A stretch of DNA of 57,100 bases, taken from an uncultured bacterium. GTDB lineage: Bacteria; Muiribacteriota; UBA6191. This document shows, piece by piece, positions 18,887 to 31,104 of this stretch. The notes beneath the pieces were generated by a model. The model was given only the letters and a program-made list of their open reading frames with translations, was not told the origin of the DNA and made no database searches. The stretch is taken from assembly GCA_964503595.1 (NCBI GenBank), contig CAZDAM010000007.1:1-57100 (forward strand), given 5' to 3'. Position 1 is the first letter of the stretch; every line of letters begins with the position of its first letter. The translations under genes were made by a program, and so were the position numbers.

Positions 18887-20050
18887 TCAGTCGGCTCCCA
18901 TTCTCTGATCGATTTTCAGGGAATACTCGTACTTCTTCAAAGCAAGGCCCACAATCTTGCGGGAAACCGGATCTTCGGCAGATCGGGCTGTCTCGATATG
19001 CTCGGCAAAAATAGCGTTGCAGAATCTCAAAAGATTCCGCGGCGAGTTTTCCGACTTCAGAAGAACGAACTCATCAACCTTGTCCCGAATTTCATCTTCA
19101 CAGACATTTCCAAGCCTGCCCAGAAGCTTGCCATCACGATTGAAGGCCATGATGCGCTTTTTCAGGACTTCAGCGAGTTTCTCCTGAGTCCAGGAAATGA
19201 CCTGGGACTGAATCTTGTCATTTCTCAGTCCGCATTTCTTAAGATTGTTGACACTCTCCGCCGGCACGAAGAATTTAAAAGCATAGAAATCACGTTGGAC
19301 CACTTCCAGAGCAGCAATCAGAGGTCCCAGCAGAAGACCCGCTTTTTCCGGCTCTTTCATGGTTTTAGAAGTCTCATCCAGCTTATCAATGAAAACGTAA
19401 CAGGAATGATATCCCAAAGCCTTCAGAATCGATGCCATTGCATCCATGGCATAAAGCCCTCGCTCCAAAGCTTCGTCTTCCGTAGTCTCAAGACTCAGGA
19501 AGAGTTCGCGACCCTGTTTTTGAGGATAGCTTCTCAGAAGTTTTTCAATCAAGGACTGAAGTCTCGGATAATGGAGTTCCTTTTCGCCTTCCTTGAAATG
19601 AATCTCCATCATGTGGAAAAGATCCACCTTATGCTGGTTTTTCAGCTTCTTGCGCAATTCAGAGCTTTCTGCCAGAAGGGGAACCAGCTCAAGAATCAGA
19701 ACACGCAGAAACTCCAGCAGGTGATCCTTGATAGTGACCTGGGAGATTTCTTTCTGGCGGGTAAAAGGGAAATTGGAATACTCAATCTGAAAAATCTGTC
19801 CCTTATGCTGAGAGGCAATCCGATCCGAAAGCATTCTTCTTAAGGTCGTCTTGCCAAATCCCCGCATTCCCAGAACCAGAAAAGGCTGAGGATCCTCAGG
19901 AATGCCAAACACTGACTCAAAATAGGGAGGCAGAACCACAAAATTCTGCAAGTCCCTTTCCTTGTCTGCATCAAAGGTATTAAAAGGATGATGGATAAAT
20001 CCCTTGGCCTTTAAAAATGCCTTCATTTCAATCACTGAGAACTCTCCCAT
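18887..20050 (-). CDS. P-loop NTPase, Sll1717-like/STAND-like, no effector domain
   Basis: HPF...AD.E..L..F V.PP.F; Walker A GMRGFGKT; Walker B YVFIDKLDE; sensor region ISWTQEKL..VLKKRI; SPRNLLRFC. Confidence 0.7.
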   Translation of the reverse strand: MGEFSVIEMKAFLKAKGFIHHPFNTFDADKERDLQNFVVLPPYFESVFGIPEDPQPFLVLGMRGFGKTTLRRMLSDRIASQHKGQIFQIEYSNFPFTRQKEISQVTIKDHLLEFLRVLILELVPLLAESSELRKKLKNQHKVDLFHMMEIHFKEGEKELHYPRLQSLIEKLLRSYPQKQGRELFLSLETTEDEALERGLYAMDAMASILKALGYHSCYVFIDKLDETSKTMKEPEKAGLLLGPLIAALEVVQRDFYAFKFFVPAESVNNLKKCGLRNDKIQSQVISWTQEKLAEVLKKRIMAFNRDGKLLGRLGNVCEDEIRDKVDEFVLLKSENSPRNLLRFCNAIFAEHIETARSAEDPVSRKIVGLALKKYEYSLKIDQRMGAD

Positions 20051-20391
20051 TCCACAATGAGTTCATCCGGCATGATCAGCTTGAGTTTCTGCCGGGCGAT
20101 TTTTTCCTGACCCTTGGAAGTCTTGAGCTCCTCAATCGACTGCCTGAGTTTACTATTCTCTGCCTGAATGTCCTCAAGCTCAAGCTTTAAGGACTTCAAT
20201 CCGTTCTTCTGACGCTCAATTTCACGATAGTTCTCAACATAAACCTCGGAAACTACCATGAATATGGAGAAAAGAGCGAGAAAGAGCAGAAAGGAAATAA
20301 ACCAGCCGCCTGGCTCAGGAGCCTCAACCGGTTCCTGAGGCCCCCGGGCCGGACGAAGTTTTAAGGGAATGAAATCCTTATCGCTGGTCAT
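20032..20391 (-). CDS. Septum formation initiator family protein (FtsB/DivIC-like)
   Basis: Single TM followed by a coiled coil ending EKIARQKLKLIMPDE. Confidence 0.75.
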   Translation of the reverse strand: MTSDKDFIPLKLRPARGPQEPVEAPEPGGWFISFLLFLALFSIFMVVSEVYVENYREIERQKNGLKSLKLELEDIQAENSKLRQSIEELKTSKGQEKIARQKLKLIMPDELIVEWESSQ

Positions 20392-20425
20392 ATTTCAGTA
20401 GAGGCCTGAAACGGCCTCGCTCTCT

Positions 20426-22966
20426 TTACTCGGATTCAGCTTCAGGCTGATCCCCGAGGATTTCCTCTCCAATCTGATCCTGACTGATTCTGGATACTCC
20501 AACCAGCTTATCACCCGAGCCCAGATTGATCACGCGAACACCCTGGGTAGCACGCCCGTAGCAGGGGATATCCATGGATTTCAGACGAATCACCTTGCCA
20601 TTCCAGGTGATCAGGATGATCTCATCCCCATCACCAATTTCCATGAATCCGACCACATTGCCAATCTTGTGATTGACCTTCACATTCATGACCCCTTTAC
20701 CGGCCCTGTTTGTAATGCGGTATTCTCCCAGTTTAGTGCGCTTGCCATAGCCTTTTTCCGTCACTACCAGAAGGGTTGGCTCCAAGGCTTCGGCTCCCTC
20801 CACAAGCTCGGCCTCAGAAAGTCCCATCAGAATTTCCATGCCGACAACATAATCGCCATCTTCCAGATCAATGCCCTTCACACCCTGGGAAACCCGACCC
20901 ACACTGCGGACTTTTTCCTCCGGGAAGCGAATGGCCTTGCCAAGATAGGTCCCCATGACAAGCTCACGGGAGTTGTCGGAGATCTTTACCCCGACCAGTT
21001 CATCGTCCTCAGTGGCAAAACGAAGGGCCAGAATTCCATTTTCACGGGTGGCCGAATTGTATTCGCTCAGCTTGGATTTCTTGACCAGACCTTTTTTGGT
21101 CACCATGGTGATGTAGAGATTCTCTCCATCGGTATACTCCCCATCCTGAGCCGAATGAACCGGAATCAGGGTGGTCACCTTCTCGCCTTCTTCCAGTTTC
21201 AGGAAGTTGACAATCGCTTTGCCACGACTGGCTCTGGAACCTTCGGGAAGGGTATGGGTATACCGGGCGAAACAGCGTCCCTGATTGGTGAAGAACAGAA
21301 TGTAATCAAAGGTTCGGGCAATGAAAAGCTGGGACACATAGTCATCATCCTTCATTGAAAGTCCGCTCATTCCCTTGCCACCCCGGCCCTGGTGCTCATA
21401 GGTGGAAAGGGGAAGAACCTTCAGGTATCCCGTATTGGTCATGGTGATCAGCATGGGCTGATCTTCCAGAAGATCCCTCAGGATGATTTCGCCTGAATCC
21501 GGAACGATTTCCGAACGGCGCTCATCGCCGTATTTTTCCCGAATCTGGGTCAGTTCCTCGCGGATGATGTCAAAGACCATGCTACGGGTAGCAAGAATTT
21601 CCCGAAGATGGGCAATCAGCTTCATCAGTTCTTCGAGCTCATCGACAATTTTCTGGGTTTCCAGATTGGTCAGGGTGGAAAGGCGCATGGCGAGAATGGC
21701 CCTGGCCTGGACTTCCGTGAATTCAAAGCGCTCCATCAGACGTTCTCTGGCGATATCCGTCGTCGAGGAAGAACGGATGATCTGAATCACTTCATCGATA
21801 TTGTCCAGAGCAATTTTCAGACCTTCGAGGATATGGGCTCTTTCCTCCGCCTTGCGCAGTTCATAGCGGGTTCGGCGGGTCACCACATCAAAGCGGTGGG
21901 AAATGTAGATACCCAGAAGGCGAGGAAGGCTCAGAATCTCGGGCCGTCCCTGCACCAGAGCCACCATATTAACCCCAAAAGAGGTCTGAAGAGCGGTATG
22001 CTTCAGAAGGTGATTGAGGACGATATCGGGGTTTTCTCCCCGCTTGAGCTCAATGACAATGCGCATACCCTTCTTATCTGACTCATCACGAAGATCGGAA
22101 ATGCCCTCCACCTTCTTGTCACGAACCAGATCGGCAATCGATTCAATCAGGGAAGCCTTGTTCACCTGGAAAGGAATCTCGGTGACAATGATGGACTCCC
22201 GATCTTTGGAAATTTCCTCGGTATGGGTCCTGGCCCTCATCACCACACGGCCGCGACCGGTCCTGAAGGCATTCTGAATACCCTTGGTTCCAACGATATA
22301 ACCACCAGTTGGAAAGTCAGGGCCCTTGATCACCTGCATCAGCTCTTCGACGCTGATGTAAGGATTTTCCATGTAAAGGAAAATAGCATCAATGACTTCA
22401 CGCAGATTATGGGGAGGAATCTTGGTCGCCATCCCTACGGCGATCCCGTCCGCTCCATTGACCAGAAGATTGGGAAATTTGGCGGGCAGAACAACTGGTT
22501 CTCTCAGAGAACCGTCAAAGTTGTCCTGAAAATCTACCGTTTCCTTGTCAATGTCCACCAGAAGTTCTTCACCCAGGGACTTCATTCTGGCTTCGGTATA
22601 ACGATAGGCCGCTGCCGAATCGCCATCCACCGAACCGAAATTCCCCTGACCATCGACCAGAACTCCACGCATGGACCAGGGCTGGGCCATCCTGACCATG
22701 GTTTCATAGATCGCCGAGTCACCGTGGGGGTGATATTTCCCCATCACTTCGCCCACAATCCTCGCGGATTTCTTGAAAGCAGCATTGTGGCGCAGATCCA
22801 GCTCCATCATGGCGTAGAAAATACGGCGATGAACGGGTTTAAGACCGTCACGGGCATCCGGCAGGGCGCGGGATACAATCACGCTCATCGCATAAGCCAG
22901 ATAGGATTGCTCCATCTCTCTCTTGATGGGCACTTCCAGAATTTTATCAATAATCTTATCTTCCAT
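20426..22966 (-). CDS. gyrA: DNA gyrase subunit A
   Basis: [27 protein letters not shown]; YHPHGDS; catalytic YRYTEAR; GyrA-box QGRGGKG; acidic tail. Confidence 0.98.
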   Translation of the reverse strand: MEDKIIDKILEVPIKREMEQSYLAYAMSVIVSRALPDARDGLKPVHRRIFYAMMELDLRHNAAFKKSARIVGEVMGKYHPHGDSAIYETMVRMAQPWSMRGVLVDGQGNFGSVDGDSAAAYRYTEARMKSLGEELLVDIDKETVDFQDNFDGSLREPVVLPAKFPNLLVNGADGIAVGMATKIPPHNLREVIDAIFLYMENPYISVEELMQVIKGPDFPTGGYIVGTKGIQNAFRTGRGRVVMRARTHTEEISKDRESIIVTEIPFQVNKASLIESIADLVRDKKVEGISDLRDESDKKGMRIVIELKRGENPDIVLNHLLKHTALQTSFGVNMVALVQGRPEILSLPRLLGIYISHRFDVVTRRTRYELRKAEERAHILEGLKIALDNIDEVIQIIRSSSTTDIARERLMERFEFTEVQARAILAMRLSTLTNLETQKIVDELEELMKLIAHLREILATRSMVFDIIREELTQIREKYGDERRSEIVPDSGEIILRDLLEDQPMLITMTNTGYLKVLPLSTYEHQGRGGKGMSGLSMKDDDYVSQLFIARTFDYILFFTNQGRCFARYTHTLPEGSRASRGKAIVNFLKLEEGEKVTTLIPVHSAQDGEYTDGENLYITMVTKKGLVKKSKLSEYNSATRENGILALRFATEDDELVGVKISDNSRELVMGTYLGKAIRFPEEKVRSVGRVSQGVKGIDLEDGDYVVGMEILMGLSEAELVEGAEALEPTLLVVTEKGYGKRTKLGEYRITNRAGKGVMNVKVNHKIGNVVGFMEIGDGDEIILITWNGKVIRLKSMDIPCYGRATQGVRVINLGSGDKLVGVSRISQDQIGEEILGDQPEAESE

Positions 22967-22985
22967 GCTCTAACCTCAAACTGGC

Positions 22986-25773
<2,788 letters not shown>

Positions 25774-25776
25774 TTT

Positions 25777-27186
25777 CTATCTTTCAAAACTCTTTTCGAG
25801 GCGATCCTTGAGCTCTTCAATCTTGCGGGCTTCTGAATCCTTGGTCTGAATCACTTTCTGAATCTTGTTCATGGCATGAATTACCGTCCCATGATCCTTG
25901 CGGTGGAAGGAAGCTCCAATCTGCTGAAGGGTCATATTGGTGAGTTCCCGAATCAGAAACATGGCTACCTGCCTGGGGTAGGCAATCTCCTTGTTGCGGC
26001 TTTCAGAAAGAAGATCGGAAATTTCCACATGATAAACCCTGGCAACTTCCTCCTGAATGACCTCAAGGCTCAGACGGGGGCGGGAATTCATGATTGAGCA
26101 CAAAACAGTTTCAATCAGTCCCCGATCAATCGGGCGATTTTCAAAGGAACTCATGGCGGCTATGCGGACAAATGCTCCTCTTAACTCCCTCACATTGGAG
26201 GAAACAGAAGAGGCCAGATATTCGATATTCTCATTGGAGAGGACCACTTTCTCCTGAATGGCAAGATTTTTGATGATGGCCATACGGGTTTCCAAATCCG
26301 GGAGTTTGATATCAGCAATCAGGCCACCTTTGAAACGGGAAAGCAGACGATCCTGCAAACCACTGATCTGCTGAGGAGTTCGATCCGCCGCAAGAACAAT
26401 CTGTTTTCTCACATTCCAGAGCTCGTTAAAGGCGTGGTAGAACTCCTCCTGAAAAGCTTCCTTATTGCTTAAAAACTGAATATCATCCACCAGTAGGCAG
26501 TCCACTTCCCGAATCCGGCGAAATTCCGGAAGAGACTTACGATTGCGAATGGCTTCCACAAATTCGTTCATCAGTGTTTCACATGAAACATAGCGAACAA
26601 CTTTACCGGGAAACCTGTTCAAAATGTCGTGGGCAATCGCATGCAGAAGATGCGTTTTCCCAAGACCCACTTCGCCGTAAATGAAAAACGGATTTCCCCG
26701 CTCTCCTGGATAAGAAGCCACCACCTTGGCACTCTCATAGGCAAAACGATTGGAACCACCCATGACGAATGTATCAAAAATGAAAGCTTCATTCAAATCT
26801 TCTGCCCAGCGACGTCTCTCATCCTGACGGTGAGCACTCTGAGACGAAGACTCGGGCAAAAAACCTGCTTCCGGGGAAACCGTAAGAATGGAATCGTCCG
26901 CCGGGGTTTCCGCAGGAAGGGCTACCTGGTACTGCAAATCAAAATGGGTGTCCTTGTAAATCTCTTCCCGAAAAAAAGACCAGAGCTTTTCCTCCACGTG
27001 CTTTTCGCGAAGAATTTTTACAACATAGTCCCCGGAAACTTCAAGAAGAACCCTCTCAGGTTCGAGGGCAGCAAGCGATAGACCCCGAACCCAAAGAAAT
27101 TCACTGGGCTCAACTCTGCTCTTCAGAACTTCCAGCATCCGCTCAAAGACTTTCTGTCGATCCAGAAACGCAAAGAGCTGATTCAC
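25777..27186 (-). CDS. dnaA: Chromosomal replication initiator protein DnaA
   Basis: FIFDTFVMGGSN, NPFFIYGEVGLGKTHL, LLVDDIQF, EEFYHAFNEL, RLLSRFKGGL, NVRELRGA, domain IV PRQVAMFL...KDHGTVIHA. Confidence 0.98.
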   Translation of the reverse strand: MNQLFAFLDRQKVFERMLEVLKSRVEPSEFLWVRGLSLAALEPERVLLEVSGDYVVKILREKHVEEKLWSFFREEIYKDTHFDLQYQVALPAETPADDSILTVSPEAGFLPESSSQSAHRQDERRRWAEDLNEAFIFDTFVMGGSNRFAYESAKVVASYPGERGNPFFIYGEVGLGKTHLLHAIAHDILNRFPGKVVRYVSCETLMNEFVEAIRNRKSLPEFRRIREVDCLLVDDIQFLSNKEAFQEEFYHAFNELWNVRKQIVLAADRTPQQISGLQDRLLSRFKGGLIADIKLPDLETRMAIIKNLAIQEKVVLSNENIEYLASSVSSNVRELRGAFVRIAAMSSFENRPIDRGLIETVLCSIMNSRPRLSLEVIQEEVARVYHVEISDLLSESRNKEIAYPRQVAMFLIRELTNMTLQQIGASFHRKDHGTVIHAMNKIQKVIQTKDSEARKIEELKDRLEKSFER

Positions 27187-27440
27187 AATTTTCTACCCTT
27201 ATTCACAAAACCGCTATTCATCGCTATCGGGAGCCAAAGAAGGATTCTCAGGTTCGATTCCAGGCTGATTCCCAAAGATTCAAGTTATTCACATCGGCAG
27301 TCAAGAACTCGTAACTTCTTCACTTTCCGCTAAAAATTCCCGTCAAATTCAGAGTTATTGTCATTTGCGATCCAGGCCTTCACATTTCAAAGTGAATGCT
27401 TGAAACTCTTAAAGCCTGATAAACAGACGCTTTCTTTGAG

Positions 27441-27510
27441 TTATTCACAAATTCACATCCCTTAATACTATGTACGATCTATTGATCTATAGATCCTGAT
27501 CTAAGATCCC
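27441..27510 (+). promoter_or_regulatory. Putative unwinding element: tandem DnaA boxes, DnaA-trio-like repeats and GATC cluster
   Basis: TTATTCACA and AAATTCACA (27441-27457), then TCCCT, TAA TAC TAT G TAC, then GATC at 27476, 27484, 27492, 27498 and 27505. Confidence 0.65.
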
Positions 27511-27883
27511 ATATAAGTGGCCATTATAGGTCAGTGGTTGAACCCATACAATCTTTTCCATCTTTGGCTTGAATTTGGATGGCTGAATCTCTTTTTCCAG
27601 ACACAAGGGGTCTGTTCTGTCAATTTTTGTATGCATCAACACCGCACCCCTTTTTTCAGGCCTCTTTCACAGGGCATAAACCTTTCACAATTTATTCGCA
27701 GAGGGTGAACAGTTTCTGAAACATTTTCCAGCAGTTTCACAGGAAAAAATCCTTACTTATTCACAGAGAACAGGTTTCATGTGAATGAAATTGTGTAAAA
27801 CATGCCTGAAATGAGCTTGATGACATCTGGATCGACAGAGAGGCTTAATTTTCTGTTGGTCTTTGTTGGGATATGTTTGGACC

Positions 27884-27899
27884 TGTTTCACGTGAAACG
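27884..27899. promoter_or_regulatory. parS centromere-like site
   Basis: TGTTTCACGTGAAACG, 15/16 match to TGTTTCACGTGAAACA, about 210 bp from parB. Confidence 0.88.
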
Positions 27900-28108
27900 C
27901 CTTTTAATGGGCTTTATTTGAATCGATATTTGATCTGAATTTTTCAAAAATCTTTGAAGAACGATCCAGAGGCCAGAATTTAAAGCAAGGCCAATAGATT
28001 TAAAAAAAAATGAAGCCGGTTTTTGGGATAAAACAGAACAGGGTCCAAATCCCGCTTCAGCAAGAAGGAAGGGCAAAGCTCTGAGGAAAAAATCAGGGGA
28101 TCAGAAAA

Positions 28109-28969
28109 TTACTTCTGGAAACGAGAGAGGAAATCAGCAAGTTCCTCTTCATTCTGAAAATCCAGTTCCAGGCGCAGCTTCTTTCCAGAAGACTTTACAT
28201 TCCAGGGAATCTGAGCGAAATGGCTGGATAATGAGCTTCGCATATCATCGGATACGGAAGTACGATTGGGGCCATGGGGAGATTTACTCTGGGGAGCAGC
28301 CTGAAGCTGTTTGACGTATTGTTCGATCTGACGAACATTGAGTCCCTGCACAATGACTTCACTGGCTGTTTTTCGAATTCTGTCTTCATCAGCAAGAGTC
28401 AAAAGAGCCCTGGCTCCCCCGGGGCTTAACATGCCACTCTGAACATATTCCAGAACTGAGGGAGGAAGCTTTAAAAGACGCAGGGAATTGGTAATATGGC
28501 TGCGGCTTTTCCCCAGATTCTGGGCCAGTTCCTCATGTGTGAGCTGAAACTCAAGAGCCAGTCTCTGGTAGCTGATGGCTTCGTCAATCGGATTCAGATC
28601 TTCGCGCTGGATGTTTTCCAGAACAGCATGAACCAGCATGGTCCGATCATCCAGATCCTTAATAATTGCCGGAATCTGTTCGCGGCCAAGGAATTCAAAG
28701 GCCCGAAAACGCCTTTCTCCATGGACGATCTGATAGCCAGTCTCAGTCTTTCTTAAGGTAATCGGCTGCAAAAGCTCGTTTTCAGCGATACTCTGGGCCA
28801 GCTCTTCAATGGATTCGCGAGAAAAAACACGACGAGGCTGAAAAGGATTAGGCTCAATTCGGCTCAGATCAATTTCAGTTGCCGAAGAGGCGTCTTCCTG
28901 ACGGGAAGCCGCGCTGTTTTGTAATAAGGCTCCCAGGCCTTTTCCTAGTGCGCGTTTTCCTTGAGACAT
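28109..28969 (-). CDS. parB: ParB/Spo0J chromosome partitioning protein
   Basis: RALGKGLGALL, PNPFQPRR, LLQPI, GERRFRA, ENIQREDLNPIDEA, HTH KSRSHITNSLRLL. Confidence 0.96.
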   Translation of the reverse strand: MSQGKRALGKGLGALLQNSAASRQEDASSATEIDLSRIEPNPFQPRRVFSRESIEELAQSIAENELLQPITLRKTETGYQIVHGERRFRAFEFLGREQIPAIIKDLDDRTMLVHAVLENIQREDLNPIDEAISYQRLALEFQLTHEELAQNLGKSRSHITNSLRLLKLPPSVLEYVQSGMLSPGGARALLTLADEDRIRKTASEVIVQGLNVRQIEQYVKQLQAAPQSKSPHGPNRTSVSDDMRSSLSSHFAQIPWNVKSSGKKLRLELDFQNEEELADFLSRFQK

Positions 28970-29724
28970 TCAAGAAGCTCCTGAGTAAATTCGCGGTAAT
29001 GTTGAGCCCCCGCAGACTTCGGATCATACATGCTGATCGGTTTTCCGTGACTGGGAGCCTCGGAAAGCTTCACATTGCGGCCAATAATGGTTTTGAAAAC
29101 ATGCTGAGGAAAGTGCTCATTGACCTCATCCACAATCTGGGATGTCAGGTTTGTGCGGTGATCCGCCATTGTAAGCAGCACTCCAAGAAGATTCAGGTCC
29201 GGATTCAGATCTCCCTGAATCAGATGAACCGTATTCAGAAGCTGAGTCAGTCCTTCCAGAGCAAAATACTCACACTGAAGAGGAATCAGAAGATCTGTTG
29301 CTGCTGTTAAGGCATTGACGGTCAGAAGACCTAAAGAGGGAGGACAGTCGATGACAATCCACTCATACTTTGAAGTCAGCGGTTTGAGGGCTTTTTTCAG
29401 CTTGTTTTCTCTGGAAAGCTCGCCGACAAGCTCGATTTCGGCCCCAGCCAGCTGAATCGAAGCCGGGAGAATATCGAGTTTGTCCACAACCGTGGCCTGC
29501 AGGAGTTCCCGAGCCTCGGTATCTTCGATCAGCATGTTGTAAACGCATTTTTCAAAACCATTCTTCTCAATACCAAGACCAGAAGAGCAGTTGCCCTGGG
29601 GATCAAGGTCCACGGCCAAAACCGGCTTGCCGGTTTCCTGAGCCAGAATGGAGGAAAGATTGATGGTCGTGGTGGTTTTTCCCACCCCGCCTTTTTGATT
29701 TACAACAGCTATAATTCGCGTCAT
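28945..29724 (-). CDS. parA: ParA/Soj ATPase
   Basis: NQKGGVGKTT, DLDPQGN, IDCPPSLG, QCEYFALEGL, LSEAPSHG. Confidence 0.96.
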   Translation of the reverse strand: MTRIIAVVNQKGGVGKTTTTINLSSILAQETGKPVLAVDLDPQGNCSSGLGIEKNGFEKCVYNMLIEDTEARELLQATVVDKLDILPASIQLAGAEIELVGELSRENKLKKALKPLTSKYEWIVIDCPPSLGLLTVNALTAATDLLIPLQCEYFALEGLTQLLNTVHLIQGDLNPDLNLLGVLLTMADHRTNLTSQIVDEVNEHFPQHVFKTIIGRNVKLSEAPSHGKPISMYDPKSAGAQHYREFTQELLECLKENAH

Positions 29725-29847
29725 TCCGAAATGCCTTCCATAGAAGTCAAAGAGGTTATCACAAAGCGATTCGGCAAAAAACGATCAAGGTCACCGGGAT
29801 CGAAAACACCGAACATTTTAGCATGGAAAACCTATTTTTATGTCGAT

Positions 29848-31104
29848 CTAATCTGAGGTATTGCGATCATCAACGATCATCATGGATCGTACACGATCTT
29901 CCTTGATCGCCATCATTTTGTGTAAAACAGTTGCACATTCATCCAAATTCCCCACATTCTGGCCTATTTTGCAGGCCTGGTGCTGCCAGATCGACACCTC
30001 GGCTTCGGTGGCCCGGGAATCATGGGAAAGATGAAGAAGGCTTTTGTATGTGAGGGGGAGTAGAAACCCCAGAGGGTGATCCCTGGGTTCGCTGATTCCA
30101 CTGGAATCAAAGCCCGAGCAGACACAGGAAGCAGCTTCGATTTTCCAGGTAGGAAGGGAGTGTTTTTGGGAGAGTGTCTGACGCAGAATCAGCTGATGAA
30201 AAGCATTCAGAATGGTTTCATCATCATTATTCAGAAGAACTTTTTCTCTTAAGATTGCAGCTGATTCATTCATTTTAAAGCTTAGAGGGTAGTCACCGGG
30301 TTCGACCCAGATTTGAAGTTCTGGCGGGGAACTGATCTGAAAAACCCTGTCCCAGGCGGTTTCAAGAATCCGGGAAAGAGCGTTTCTCTGGAACCAGAAT
30401 ACCGGAGATTTCAAAGAAAGAACCTGATTTTGAACCTCAATCTGAAATGGAGCCGGTTTCAAGGATTCAAGCCATCTTTGGGCTCTGATCTGCTGGGACT
30501 CAGATGCTTTTTTTCCAAAAAAAACAGTTTCCTGACTGAATTCGGAATTCTTTGCCAGAGCCTGATAGAAAGGATTCTGGCGAATCGATTCAGGAAGTTC
30601 TGGCAATAGCCCGTAGCGATAGCTCTGCCAGGCCTGCATAGGAGTCTTTTCATACAGCTCATCTCTTAAAACTCTTCTGGCAGCACCGGGTTTGTTGGCC
30701 ATGAAGAGCATGTCCACCATGATGGGATAGGAAGGTGGGAAAGGCGGGAGCGAGTCGTTTTGGTAAAAAGACTCCAGAAAATCCCGCCAGGCCAGAAAAA
30801 TCCGGGCTTCTTCACCTTCAGGAACCTCATTGAGCCACCGAGCCTGAACCAGCCAGGAAATCTCAGGAGATTTCAGACTTTGAAGCAGCCACTTCCCGGC
30901 CTTGAGGTTTCCCGATTTTAGAAGTCGGGCTGCCAGACTCTGAGCGAGGGCGGTTCGCTTGAGAGCAATGGCTTCCTGAAGCCAGGATTCCTGAGCCTCA
31001 TTTTTTGGGGGGGGAGGAATCAGGATCAGGGGATCCGGTAATGCTGCCAGATGAATTCCGGTCAGAAGAAGGAAAACAATCAGGCAGCGTTTTTTTTCAG
31101 CCAT
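29848..31104 (-). CDS. Secreted hypothetical protein, possibly a degenerate peptidase MA-like fold
   Basis: N-terminal hydrophobic signal; helical N-half; AFHQLILRQ...LPTWKIEAAS resembles HExxH...PxWxxEGxA without intact metal ligands. Confidence 0.55.
   Translation of the reverse strand: MAEKKRCLIVFLLLTGIHLAALPDPLILIPPPPKNEAQESWLQEAIALKRTALAQSLAARLLKSGNLKAGKWLLQSLKSPEISWLVQARWLNEVPEGEEARIFLAWRDFLESFYQNDSLPPFPPSYPIMVDMLFMANKPGAARRVLRDELYEKTPMQAWQSYRYGLLPELPESIRQNPFYQALAKNSEFSQETVFFGKKASESQQIRAQRWLESLKPAPFQIEVQNQVLSLKSPVFWFQRNALSRILETAWDRVFQISSPPELQIWVEPGDYPLSFKMNESAAILREKVLLNNDDETILNAFHQLILRQTLSQKHSLPTWKIEAASCVCSGFDSSGISEPRDHPLGFLLPLTYKSLLHLSHDSRATEAEVSIWQHQACKIGQNVGNLDECATVLHKMMAIKEDRVRSMMIVDDRNTSD

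Larger units (their letters stand above)
27187..28108. other. Replication origin oriC (parB-dnaA intergenic region)
   Basis: About 920 bp with no credible CDS; exact TTATTCACA at 27199, 27285, 27441 and 27757 plus degenerate boxes; AT-rich; trio-like and GATC repeats; parS site. Confidence 0.85.

Noticed and set aside
27517-28076. Short ORFs 27517-27708 and 27888-28076 within the origin
   Set aside because: No SD or motifs, and they overlap DnaA boxes and parS; treated as non-coding.
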